From positions 76,533 through 140,532 of the forward strand of contig JBOGVZ010000047.1 in the NCBI GenBank assembly GCA_050692985.1: 64,000 bases of DNA. Direction: 5' to 3'. The number at the start of each line of letters is the position of its first letter. The first letter of the stretch is position 1. Shown here piece after piece: positions 10,103-18,289 of the stretch. A program made the position numbers and the translations under genes. This stretch comes from Actinomycetota bacterium. GTDB taxonomy: Bacteria; Actinomycetota; UBA4738; CALAEC01. The notes under the pieces were generated by a model. That model was given only the letters and a program-made list of their open reading frames with translations. It was not told the DNA's origin and did not search any database.

Positions 10103-10170
10103 GGCGGATCCTCTCCCGGGCGTTCGATCCCAGATTGTCCCGCAGCTGCCGGTCCGGCGCCTACCCGTTT

Positions 10171-10244
10171 CACTGGGGGGTTCGCTCGCTGTTCACTCTG
10201 ACGCTTCCATCGCCCCCGGCGAGCTACACCCCCCGGACCCCCCC
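10171..10244 (+). repeat. Copy A of a ~73-nt GC-rich hairpin repeat (CACTGGGGGGTTCGCTCGC...GGCGAGCTACACCCCCCGGACCCCCCC)
   Basis: Shares its 5' 20 nt and 3' ~26 nt with the copies at 26232, 56804, 56878 and, inverted, 34454. The central ~27 nt are unique. Its 3' end supplies the last codons and the TAG stop of the P450 gene (...LRVRGGVRGV*). Confidence 0.8.
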
Positions 10245-11525
10245 GCGGACCCGGAGCTCCTTCAGGCCGCGGATGATGTAGTTGGGCTTCCACTCGGGCT
10301 CCTCCACCAGCTCCAGGCCCGGGAGGCGCCGCAGCAGCGTGCCGAACGAGGTCTCCAGCTCCACCCGGGCCAGCGGCGCCCCCAGGCAGAAGTGGATCCC
10401 GGCGCCGAACGACATGTGGGGGTTCTTCGGCCGGCCCACGTCGAGCTCGTCGGGACGCTCGAACACCTCGGGGTCGCGGTTGGCGCTGCCGAACAGCAGG
10501 GCCAGCTCCTGTCCCTTCGGGATCTCCACGCCGTGGACCTCCACGTCCTCCAGCACCCACCGCTCGAACATCTGGAGGGGGGTGTCGTAGCGCATCAGCT
10601 CCTCGATGGCCGTGCGCACCAGGGAGTGGTCGTCGTGGAGGCGTTGCAGCTCGCCCGGGTTGCGGAACAGCGACCACCACCCGTTGCCGGTGACGTTGAC
10701 CGTGGCCTCGTGGCCGGCGTTGAGCAGCAGGACGCAGGTGCCGATCAGCTCGTCCTTGGTGAGCCGGTGTCCCTCCTCCAGCACCTGGGTCAGGGCCGAG
10801 ATCAGGTCCTCCCGCGGGTCCCGGCGGCGCTCCCTCGATAGCCCGCGGAGGTAGGCGGAGAACTCCTCGCTGGCGGTGACCGCGGCCCGGGCGTCCTCGT
10901 CGGTGGGGTTGAGCTCGTACATCCGGCAGATCTCCGCCGACCACGGACGGAGGAGGTGGCGGTCGGACTCGGGCACGCCCAGCATCTCGGCGATCACCGC
11001 CACCGGCAGCGGCTCGGCCAGCTCCCTGATGAGGTCGAACTCGCCGGCGCCGGCCACCCCGTCTACCAGCTCCTCCATCAGGCCCTGGACGAACGGGCGC
11101 AGGCCCTCGACCATCCGCGGGGTGAACGCCTTCGACACCAGCTTCCTCACCCGGGAGTGGTCGGGAGGCTCCATGTCCAGGATCCCGGATCGGATCAGAT
11201 GCCAGAAGGGCGCGTGCCACTCGGGCTCCTCGGGCCGGCCCATCTCCGCGTGGGTGGCCATGTGGTGGTACGTCCGGCCGAACCGCCGGTCGCGGAGCAA
11301 GCCGTTCACGTCGTCGTGGCGGGGCACGATCCACTGGTTCGTGCCCTCGAAGTAGTGGATGGGCCCGGCCCGGCGCAGCGACGCGTAGACCGGATAGGGA
11401 TCGGCCACGAACTCCACTGCCCACGGGTCGAACCCCAGGGCCGCGGGATCGGCCATTCCGTGTGGCGCGGGGACCTGCGGCGCGTGCGCCATCAGCGGGA
11501 GTGTAGCGCGGGCGCTCGGCGTCAC
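10224..11525 (-). CDS. Cytochrome P450
   Basis: ...AGHEATVNVTGNGWW... EELMRYDTPLQ ... FGAGIHFCLGAPLARVE (heme-binding Cys loop) ... The start may be the internal Met (MADPAALGFDPW). Confidence 0.9.
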   Translation of the reverse strand: MTPSARATLPLMAHAPQVPAPHGMADPAALGFDPWAVEFVADPYPVYASLRRAGPIHYFEGTNQWIVPRHDDVNGLLRDRRFGRTYHHMATHAEMGRPEEPEWHAPFWHLIRSGILDMEPPDHSRVRKLVSKAFTPRMVEGLRPFVQGLMEELVDGVAGAGEFDLIRELAEPLPVAVIAEMLGVPESDRHLLRPWSAEICRMYELNPTDEDARAAVTASEEFSAYLRGLSRERRRDPREDLISALTQVLEEGHRLTKDELIGTCVLLLNAGHEATVNVTGNGWWSLFRNPGELQRLHDDHSLVRTAIEELMRYDTPLQMFERWVLEDVEVHGVEIPKGQELALLFGSANRDPEVFERPDELDVGRPKNPHMSFGAGIHFCLGAPLARVELETSFGTLLRRLPGLELVEEPEWKPNYIIRGLKELRVRGGVRGV

Positions 11526-11575
11526 CCACCGGTGCTAGGCTGCACGCATCCTCCCCCGGAGAGGAGCATCGGGGA

Positions 11576-11902
11576 GTGGACGTCCTGAACACGGCCATCA
11601 ACGCTGCGGTCATCGCTGCGGTGGGGATCCTGCTGGGGCGCTTCGTCAAGGGCAGGTTCGATGAGAACGACCGGCGGTGGGCGGAGAACGACCGGCGGTG
11701 GGCGGAGAACGACCGGCGCCTCGCGGCCATCGAGGCCAAGCTGGACGCCCACGACGCCCGGTTCGACGCCCTGGAGGCCAGGATGGCTTCCTTCGAAGCG
11801 CGGATGGATTCGTTCGAACGATCCCTGGACGGCATGCGCTCGGACCTGACCCGGGTGGCCCTGGCCGTGGGCGCGGGGCCGGCGGCCGGGACCGGAGGCT
11901 AG
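11576..11902 (+). CDS. Small N-terminally membrane-anchored coiled-coil protein with ENDRRWA heptapeptide tandem repeats
   Basis: GTG start 8-10 nt after GGAGAGGAG. MDVLNTAINAAVIAAVGILLGRF (TM), then ENDRRWAENDRRWAENDRRLAAIEAKLDAHDARFDALEARMASFEARMDSFERSLDGMRSDLTRV. Confidence 0.6.
   Translation: MDVLNTAINAAVIAAVGILLGRFVKGRFDENDRRWAENDRRWAENDRRLAAIEAKLDAHDARFDALEARMASFEARMDSFERSLDGMRSDLTRVALAVGAGPAAGTGG
11663..11725 (+). repeat. Perfect 21-bp direct repeat x2 plus a diverged third unit (GAGAACGACCGGCGGTGGGCG) inside the small coiled-coil gene
   Basis: Seen directly in the sequence at 11663-11704 (two identical units) plus a third unit with 3' divergence. It encodes the ENDRRWA repeats. Confidence 0.85.
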
Positions 11903-11990
11903 CGGGGGCACCGGCTCGCGCCGGCGCCGGGGCGGACACGCACGTCCGTCCCGGGCCGGCATCCCTCACCGGGCTAGGATTCGCCCTGAC

Positions 11991-14612
11991 ATGGCCGAGC
12001 TGCCCACCGGGACCGTCACGTTCCTGTTCACCGACATCGAGGGATCGACCCGGCTGCTGGCCGAGCTGGCGGAGGGATACCGGGACGTCCAGGCGGACCA
12101 CTTCCGCCTGATGCGTAAGGCCATGGCCGAGGGGGGCGGGGTGGAGATCCGCACCGAGGGCGACGCGTTCTTCGTGGTGTTCCCCAGCCCCGCCGGGGCG
12201 GTGAAGGCGGCAGCGGCCGCTCAGCGGAAGCTGGCCGCCCACCACTGGCCCGGTGGCCGCCCGGTGCGGGTGCGGATGGGCATGCACACCGGCGAGGGCG
12301 TGCTGGGAGGCGACGACTACCTGGGCATCGACGTGAACCGGGCGGCGCGCATCGCCGCAGCCGGTTACGGCGGCCAGGTCCTGCTGTCCTCGACCACGAA
12401 GCCGCTCGTCGAACGGAACCTCCCCCAGGGCGTGGCCCTCCGCGACCTGGGCGCGCATCGGCTCAAGGACTTCGACCAGCCCGAGCACCTCCACCAGCTG
12501 GTGATCGAAGGGCTGCCCGTCGGACTTCCCCGCCCTCAAGACCCTCGACGCTCGCCCCACAAACCTGCCCACCCCCCGGACCTCGTTCATCGGGCGGGAT
12601 CGGGAGGTGGCCGCGGTGGCCGAGGCGGTGGGAGCCTCCCGCCTGGTGACGCTGACCGGCCCCGGGGGCACCGGGAAGACCCGCCTGGCCATCCAGGCCG
12701 GGGACGGCCTGCGGGACGATTTCCCCGACGGGGTGTTCTTCGTGGACCTGTCCCCGATCGCCGATCCGGACCTGGTCGGCCCCGCCGTGGCCGAGGCCCT
12801 GAAGGTCATGGAGGAGCCCGGGCGGGCGCTGCTCGACGCCGTGGCCGACCACCTCCGCGACCGGGACACCCTCCTGGTGGTGGACAACTTCGAGCAGGTG
12901 ATCCAGGCGGCCGGCGTGGTGGAGCGGCTCCTCGACACTGCCCCCGGGGTACGGGTCCTGGCGACCAGCAGGGAGCCACTGCACCTGTCCGGGGAGCGCG
13001 AGGTCCCCGTGCCTCCGCTCGAGCTCCCCGATCCCTCGGACCTCCCGGCGGTCGACGTCCTGACTCACTACGAGGCCGTGGCCCTGTTCATCGACCGGGC
13101 CACCGCGGTGCGGCCGGGGTTCCGGGTGACGAACGAGAACGCCCCCGCCGTGGCGGAGCTGGTGGCCCGGCTGGACGGGCTGCCGCTGGCGGTCGAGCTG
13201 GCCGCCAGCCGCGTCAAGATCCTCACACCCCAGGCCATGCTGGCCCGGCTGGGCCAGCGGCTGCCGCTGCTCACCGGCGGGGCCCGCCACCTGCCCGAGC
13301 GCCAGCGCACCCTCCGAGGGGCCATCGAGTGGAGCCACGACCTCCTCGACGACGAGGAACGGCGGGTCTTCGCCCGTCTGGCGGTCTTCGCCGGGGGCTG
13401 GACCCTGGAGGCGGCCGAGGCGGCCTGCGGCGACGGCGTCGACGTGCTCGACAGGCTGGACTCGCTGGTGGACCGAAGCCTGGTCCGGCGCATCGATGAG
13501 GACGAGGGCGAGCCGCGGTTCACGATGCTGGAGACGATCCGTGAGTTCGCCGGCGAGCGGCTCGGGGAATCGGGCGAGGAGGAAGAGGTCCGGCGGCGCC
13601 ACGCCGGGTTCTTCCGGAGCTTGGCCGAGGAGGCCGGGCCGCACCTCGAGGCCGAGGAGCAGGTCGCGTGGCTGGACCGCCTGGACCGCGAGCGCGACAA
13701 CCTGCGGACGGCCATGTCCTGGGCGATCGACAGCGGCGAGGCGGAGGGCGGACTGGGGCTGGCCGCGCCCATCTGGCGGTTCTGGCAGCACCGGGGTCCG
13801 CTCTCCGAGGGACGCGGGTGGCTGGAGCGTCTCCTGGCGCTGCCACCCGCTCAGGAACGGTCGCCGGCCCGGGCCCGGGCGCTCGAAGCCCTGGGGAACG
13901 TGGCCTACTGGCAGAACGACTACGCGGCCACCCGGAAGGCCTACGCCGAGGCCGAGAGCCTCGCTCGCCGGCTCGGGGACAAGAGGTTCCTGGCCCGGGT
14001 GCTGTGGGACCAGTCCTACATGGCCGGGATCGACGGTGACCTCGACAGGGGAGAGGCGGCCCTCCTCGAGGCTCGGCAGGCGGCCCAGGAAGCCGGCGAC
14101 CGGGCCGCCACCGCGCTGGTGATGGTGGACCTGGGTTCCTCCGGCACAGGCGAGGGGACAGCCTCGGTGGCCGCGAACAGATGCGGCAGGGGATCGCCAT
14201 CATGGAGGAGCTCGGCATGACCGGGCTGCTGGCCGACAACATCGGAGTGCTCGGCATGCTCGACCTCGTCCTTGGCGACGTCAACGATGCCCGCCTCCAC
14301 CTCCGGCGGGCCATGGATCTGACCGTGGAAGCGGGAAGCGAGATGGGGATCGCCCAGATGCTCCTGGGGGTGGCCCTGCTCGCTCAGGCCGAGGGCCGCC
14401 ACGAACGTGCCGCGCGCCTCCTGGGCGCGCAGGCCCGGATCCAGGAGACCCTTGGTGGCGCCCCCCCGCCGGAGCTCCTGGCCCCGTTCGGCGACCCGGA
14501 GGCGGATGCCCGCACCGCCCTGGACGACGAGACCTTCGAGCGCGCCTGGGCCAAGGGCCGAGCCATGACCACGGAAGAGGCGGTTGCCTACGCCCTGGAG
14601 GAGGAGGGATAG
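11991..14612 (+). pseudogene. Second cyclase - NB-ARC/AAA - TPR gene, disrupted by two compensating frameshifts (+1 near 12519, -1 near 14136)
   Basis: Frame 0: MAELPTGTVTFLFTDIEGST...GDAFFVVF... cyclase through ...QLVIEGLP. The protein continues in frame +1 (SDFPALKTLDARPTNLPTPRTSFIGRDREVAAV...LTGPGGTGKTRLA...TPR...ATALVMVDLG). It then returns to frame 0 (FLRHRRGDSLGGREQMRQGIAIMEELG...TTEEAVAYALEEEG, the typical C-terminus of this family). Frame 0 between the two shifts is Arg/Gly/Pro junk. Confidence 0.7.
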
Positions 14613-14629
14613 GCAACCGGGCCGGCGCT

Positions 14630-14646
14630 CCCGGGCAGGACCCGGG
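14630..14646 (+). terminator. Short GC hairpin (CCCGGG-CAGGA-CCCGGG) just after the cyclase pseudogene stop
   Basis: Perfect 6-bp stem about 18 nt downstream of the stop at 14612. There is no U-tract (common in high-GC genomes). Weak call. Confidence 0.25.
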
Positions 14647-14702
14647 CCAGCTGGCGGCGAAGTAGGTCCACGAAGCCTGTGGGAAGGAGCCGCATGCGTC
14701 CG

Positions 14703-16424
14703 CGCCGAGCCCTGATCGTCGCCCTGGCCGCGGCCCTCCTGGTGCCCGCCGCCGCCGGCGCGACCCCGGACGAGCTGCCCCCGCTCCACCCGGTCACCGA
14801 GGACCGCTTCCAGGCCCTCCCGATGGAGACCGAGATGATCGACACCCGGGGCGGCCGGGTGTACGTGGAGGTCATCCGCCCCGACGTACCGGAGGGAACC
14901 CGGGTCCCGGTCATCCTCACGTTCACGCCCTACCAGGTGTTCCTGTCCTCGGCCGACGACGCGGTGGCGTCCTTCTTCGTGCCCAAGGGCTACGCCCGGG
15001 CCATGGCCCACGTGCCGGGGACCGGGAACTCCGGCGGGTGCTGGGACCACGGCGGTCCCCGGGAGCGAGCGGCCGGGTACGACCTGGTCGAGTGGCTGGG
15101 CACCATGGAGTGGGCGAGCGGCCGGGTGGGGATGATCGGCGGCTCCTACGAGGGGACCACGGCGAACATGGCCGCCGTTGACCGGCCCCCCCACCTGGCC
15201 ACCATCGTCCCCGAGGTGGCCATCGCCCAGTGGTACGGCTACTCATACGCGGACGGGGTCCGGTACCTGATCGTCGACCCGGGGCAGAACCAGAGCGTGG
15301 TCATCAACGAGCAGGGCTTCGACACCCCGCTGGCGTTCGACTTCGCCATCGGGCTGGCCCCCCCGCTCAATCCCACCGACCCCGACCACCTCGGAAGGGC
15401 CGTGGAGCGACTGTGCCCCGGCGGAGACAAGCTGGTCCACACCGAGCACGGCTACGACATGGAGCCCGACTTCGACGAGTTCTGGCAGGAGCGGAGCTAC
15501 CTGCGGGACGCGTCCCGGGTCCGGGTGCCGGTGCTGGTCCAGGGTGGATGGCGCGACTACAACGTGAAGAGCCACGAGTCCACCCGGTGGTTCGAGGCCC
15601 TGCCCCAGAGGGTGCCGAAGATGCTGGTGATGGACGCCGTGGCCCACGGCACCCCGCAGGACCCGCGGATCCGGTGGCAGACGCTCCTGCACGCATGGTT
15701 CGACCGGTGGCTGTACGGCTTCGACACCGGCATCTCGGACCAGCCCCCGGTCCTGTCGAAGGCGAACGACGGCGAGCTCCGCGCGGACACCCGGTGGCCC
15801 CCGGCGGGGACGCAGCCGGCCAGGCTGTTCCTCCACGGCGACGGCCGGCTGGCCACCGCCCCGGTGGAGGGCCCGCAGGCCCTGGGGTCGTTCCGGGACT
15901 CGGCGAAGACGACCGAGTCCGAGGCCCTGGCCCGCCGGGCCTCGGACGGAGGGGACTTCCTGTGGTTCGAGAGCGCCCCGCTCACCGAGGACATGCGGAT
16001 CGCCGGAACCCCCAGGCTGTCCCTGCACGCCACGTCGTCGGCGACCTCGACCCACTTCACCCCGGTGCTGTTCGACCTGGGGCCGCCGCTGACCGACCGG
16101 CCCCAGTGCCGGTTCGTGCCGCCGCAGCAGGCCTGCACGGTGGACCGTGGGTTCCTCAACGCCAGGTACCGCGACGGGCTGGAGGAGGGGAAGGACCTGG
16201 TGCCGGGAGAGCCGTACCACGCCACGGTGCGGTTCATCGGCAACGACTGGATGGTCCCGGCCGGGCACCGGATCGGCCTGGCGGTGATGTCGGCGAACCT
16301 GTGGTGGGCGGTCCCCGACGACCAGCGCGCCGAGAACACCCTGCACGCCGGACCGGGCGCCCGCACGGCGCTGATCCTCCCGGTCGTCGGCGGCACGGCC
16401 ACCGCCCGGGCCGCCGGGCTGTAG
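14703..16424 (+). CDS. Secreted CocE/NonD-family hydrolase (S15 Xaa-Pro dipeptidyl-peptidase-like)
   Basis: ATG 4 nt after GGAAGGAG. Signal peptide MRPRRALIVALAAALLVPAAAGA, then ...VILTFTPY ... GMIGGSYEGTTANMAA (nucleophile elbow GxSYxG) ... a long C-terminal beta-sandwich. Confidence 0.8.
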   Translation, partial: RRALIVALAAALLVPAAAGATPDELPPLHPVTEDRFQALPMETEMIDTRGGRVYVEVIRPDVPEGTRVPVILTFTPYQVFLSSADDAVASFFVPKGYARAMAHVPGTGNSGGCWDHGGPRERAAGYDLVEWLGTMEWASGRVGMIGGSYEGTTANMAAVDRPPHLATIVPEVAIAQWYGYSYADGVRYLIVDPGQNQSVVINEQGFDTPLAFDFAIGLAPPLNPTDPDHLGRAVERLCPGGDKLVHTEHGYDMEPDFDEFWQERSYLRDASRVRVPVLVQGGWRDYNVKSHESTRWFEALPQRVPKMLVMDAVAHGTPQDPRIRWQTLLHAWFDRWLYGFDTGISDQPPVLSKANDGELRADTRWPPAGTQPARLFLHGDGRLATAPVEGPQALGSFRDSAKTTESEALARRASDGGDFLWFESAPLTEDMRIAGTPRLSLHATSSATSTHFTPVLFDLGPPLTDRPQCRFVPPQQACTVDRGFLNARYRDGLEEGKDLVPGEPYHATVRFIGNDWMVPAGHRIGLAVMSANLWWAVPDDQRAENTLHAGPGARTALILPVVGGTATARAAGL

Positions 16425-16432
16425 GGCGGGGT

Positions 16433-17410
16433 TCAGGTACCCTTCGCCGGGGGGTGGGTGTCGCGGATCTTGAACAGCCGGACGCGGCCCACGCCCTTGA
16501 GGCTCCGGCTCCCGATCCGCCTCGCGTCCACCGCGTCGCGGCCGACCGCGTCGACGAATTCCTCGGAGGCCACCACGGAGCTGGGCCGGGCGAAGGCGGT
16601 GATCCTGGCGGCCACGTTGACGGGCCGCCCGAAGTAGTCGCCGCCCAGGGCCACCACCTCGCCGTAGTCGAGCCCGGCCCGGGCCGCAGGGAGGACCTCC
16701 GATCCCTCGGCCCGGCGGACCACGGTGGCGGCGGCCTCCAGGGCCCGAGGGGCCTCCGTGGAGACGAACATCACCGCGTCGCCGATCACCTTCACCAGGC
16801 GGGCTCCGGCCTCGGCGCAGGCCTCCACGGCCAGGTCCTCGAAGGCGTCGATCATCCCGCCCAGCTCCTCGCCGGGCAGGTCCTCGGAGATGCGGGAGAA
16901 GTCCACCAGGTCCACGAACCCGGTGGCCAGCGCGGAGCCCTCGCCGGTCCCGGCGGCCCGCAGCCCGTTCAGGGCCAGGAACAGGTGGCGGCGGTGGGCC
17001 TGGTCGAGGAGGTGGGCAGTGCTCTCCAGCAGCGAGTCCATCACGGGGCGGAGCCGCTCCTCCATCCCCTCACCGGGCTCGACGGCCATGGCCCCCAGGA
17101 TGCGGTCGCGGAACAACCTCGTCTCCGCGTCGGCGATCCGGGCCAGCGTGGTTCCGTACAGCCTGGTCACGGTGAGCATCTCGTCGGGCGGAACCCCGAG
17201 CTCCATGATGCCCCGGAGCAACGCCAGCGCCTCGACGTCACGGTCGTCGAACACGACCTCCCGGTCGTCCGGCTCGGGCATCCCCAGGGCCCGCCACACC
17301 CGCTTGGCCAGCGTCAGGTCGAGCCCGGCCTTGGCCGCGGCCTCCGGGGCGGTCAGGTGCGGCGGAGGGGCGAAGCTCTCCGCGGGGGGTGGCAGCGGTC
17401 GCTCGGACAG
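16433..17410 (-). CDS. Class III adenylate cyclase with N-terminal regulatory domain (Rv1264-like)
   Basis: C-terminal cyclase ATGFVDLVDFSRISEDL...KVIGDAVMFV...GEVVALGGDYFGRPVNVAARI. The N-terminal ...GLDLTLAKRVWRALGM resembles the Rv1264 regulatory domain. Conserved residues extend upstream of the first GTG (17299) to a TAG. The only plausible start is CTG at 17408-17410, 6 nt after AGGAGG. Confidence 0.8.
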   Translation of the reverse strand: MSERPLPPPAESFAPPPHLTAPEAAAKAGLDLTLAKRVWRALGMPEPDDREVVFDDRDVEALALLRGIMELGVPPDEMLTVTRLYGTTLARIADAETRLFRDRILGAMAVEPGEGMEERLRPVMDSLLESTAHLLDQAHRRHLFLALNGLRAAGTGEGSALATGFVDLVDFSRISEDLPGEELGGMIDAFEDLAVEACAEAGARLVKVIGDAVMFVSTEAPRALEAAATVVRRAEGSEVLPAARAGLDYGEVVALGGDYFGRPVNVAARITAFARPSSVVASEEFVDAVGRDAVDARRIGSRSLKGVGRVRLFKIRDTHPPAKGT

Positions 17411-17530
17411 GTCGGGCCTCCTGGGTTCTGCAAGAGCCTACCCGCTGGACCGCTGGGCCATGCGGGGCCCGAAGACCGCACCGGGGGCCGCTTGCTACTG
17501 TCTTCGCTGACCGAGCGGTGGGGATGGCGG

Positions 17531-18286
17531 ATGGAGACGGAAGCGGGACACCCGAGCGAGGACGAGGGAGCCCTGGTCGTCCGGGCGTCCGACCCCGAGG
17601 AGGTGGCCGGGCGGCTGGAAGCGCTGGACTCCGTGGGCGGGTACCGGCTCGAGCCCGGACCCACCCTGCGGATCCGCGACCGGTACGTCGACACGGCCGA
17701 CGGCGACCTGGGGGCTCGGAGGATCGCCCTGCGGGTCCGGGAGGTGGACGGGGCCACGCTCCTGACACTCAAGGGCTCCTCGCGGACGACCGGGCACGGG
17801 ACCCACCAGCGCCTGGAGATCGAGGAGCCGTGGTCGGAGCCGGCGCTGGCGCGAGCTATGGAGGAGCTCCGGACCATGGGTGTCCCCCTGGAGGTTCGGG
17901 CCGGGGGGGCCACGCCCGTCGAGGCCCTGGAGAGCGTGGGGCTTCGGGTGGTGCAGGACCGAGAGACCGAGCGGACCGTCCGGCACGTCCTGGCGGACGG
18001 CCCGGCGGCCGAGCTGGCCATCGACCGCGTGACCTACCACCTCGGGGAGGCGGCTCCCCGGTTGCTCGAGGTCGAGGTCGAGGCCAAGCGGCCCGGCGCC
18101 TCGGGTGTGCTCCACGACGTGATCGACGCCCTGGACCATGAGTGGCCCGAGCTCCGCCGATGGCCCCACAGCAAGCTGGCCATCGGAAAGGCCCTGGAGC
18201 GGCTGCTGCGGGAAGGGCGATTCCGTGGCGAGCTGGTCACCGGCAAGGACCTGGACCGGATCGCCGTGGAGCTCGGCGACGCCTGA
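17531..18286 (+). CDS. CYTH-domain protein (triphosphate tunnel metalloenzyme / class IV adenylate cyclase-like)
   Basis: METEAGHPSEDEGALVVRASDPEEVAGRLE ... RIALRVREVDGATLLTLKG ... QRLEIEEPW ... RLLEVEVEAKRP, the alternating acidic/basic beta-strand pattern of CYTH. It is divergent from the Rv1264-like cyclase. Confidence 0.7.
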   Translation: METEAGHPSEDEGALVVRASDPEEVAGRLEALDSVGGYRLEPGPTLRIRDRYVDTADGDLGARRIALRVREVDGATLLTLKGSSRTTGHGTHQRLEIEEPWSEPALARAMEELRTMGVPLEVRAGGATPVEALESVGLRVVQDRETERTVRHVLADGPAAELAIDRVTYHLGEAAPRLLEVEVEAKRPGASGVLHDVIDALDHEWPELRRWPHSKLAIGKALERLLREGRFRGELVTGKDLDRIAVELGDA

Positions 18287-18289
18287 AGC

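Noticed and set aside
3465-10201. Very long ORFs on antisense frames. Examples: 3465..5354(+), 3637..5088(+), 6881..10201(+) at 1106 aa, 7683..10013(-) at 776 aa, 15230..18286(+) upstream part, 18587..21307(+), 23355..25142(+), 54639..56378(+), 58738..60939(+), 61138..62898(-).
   Set aside because: They are Arg/Gly/Pro/Ala-rich with no recognisable motifs. They overlap genes with clear homology on the other strand or frame, so they are typical high-GC stop-codon-free artefacts.
6842-17410. Considered a Pycsar/CBASS-type anti-phage system because of the multiple nucleotide cyclases.
   Set aside because: There is no cNMP-binding effector, no CD-NTase and no co-oriented effector gene. The architectures match housekeeping actinobacterial signalling cyclases (Rv0386-like, Rv1264-like).
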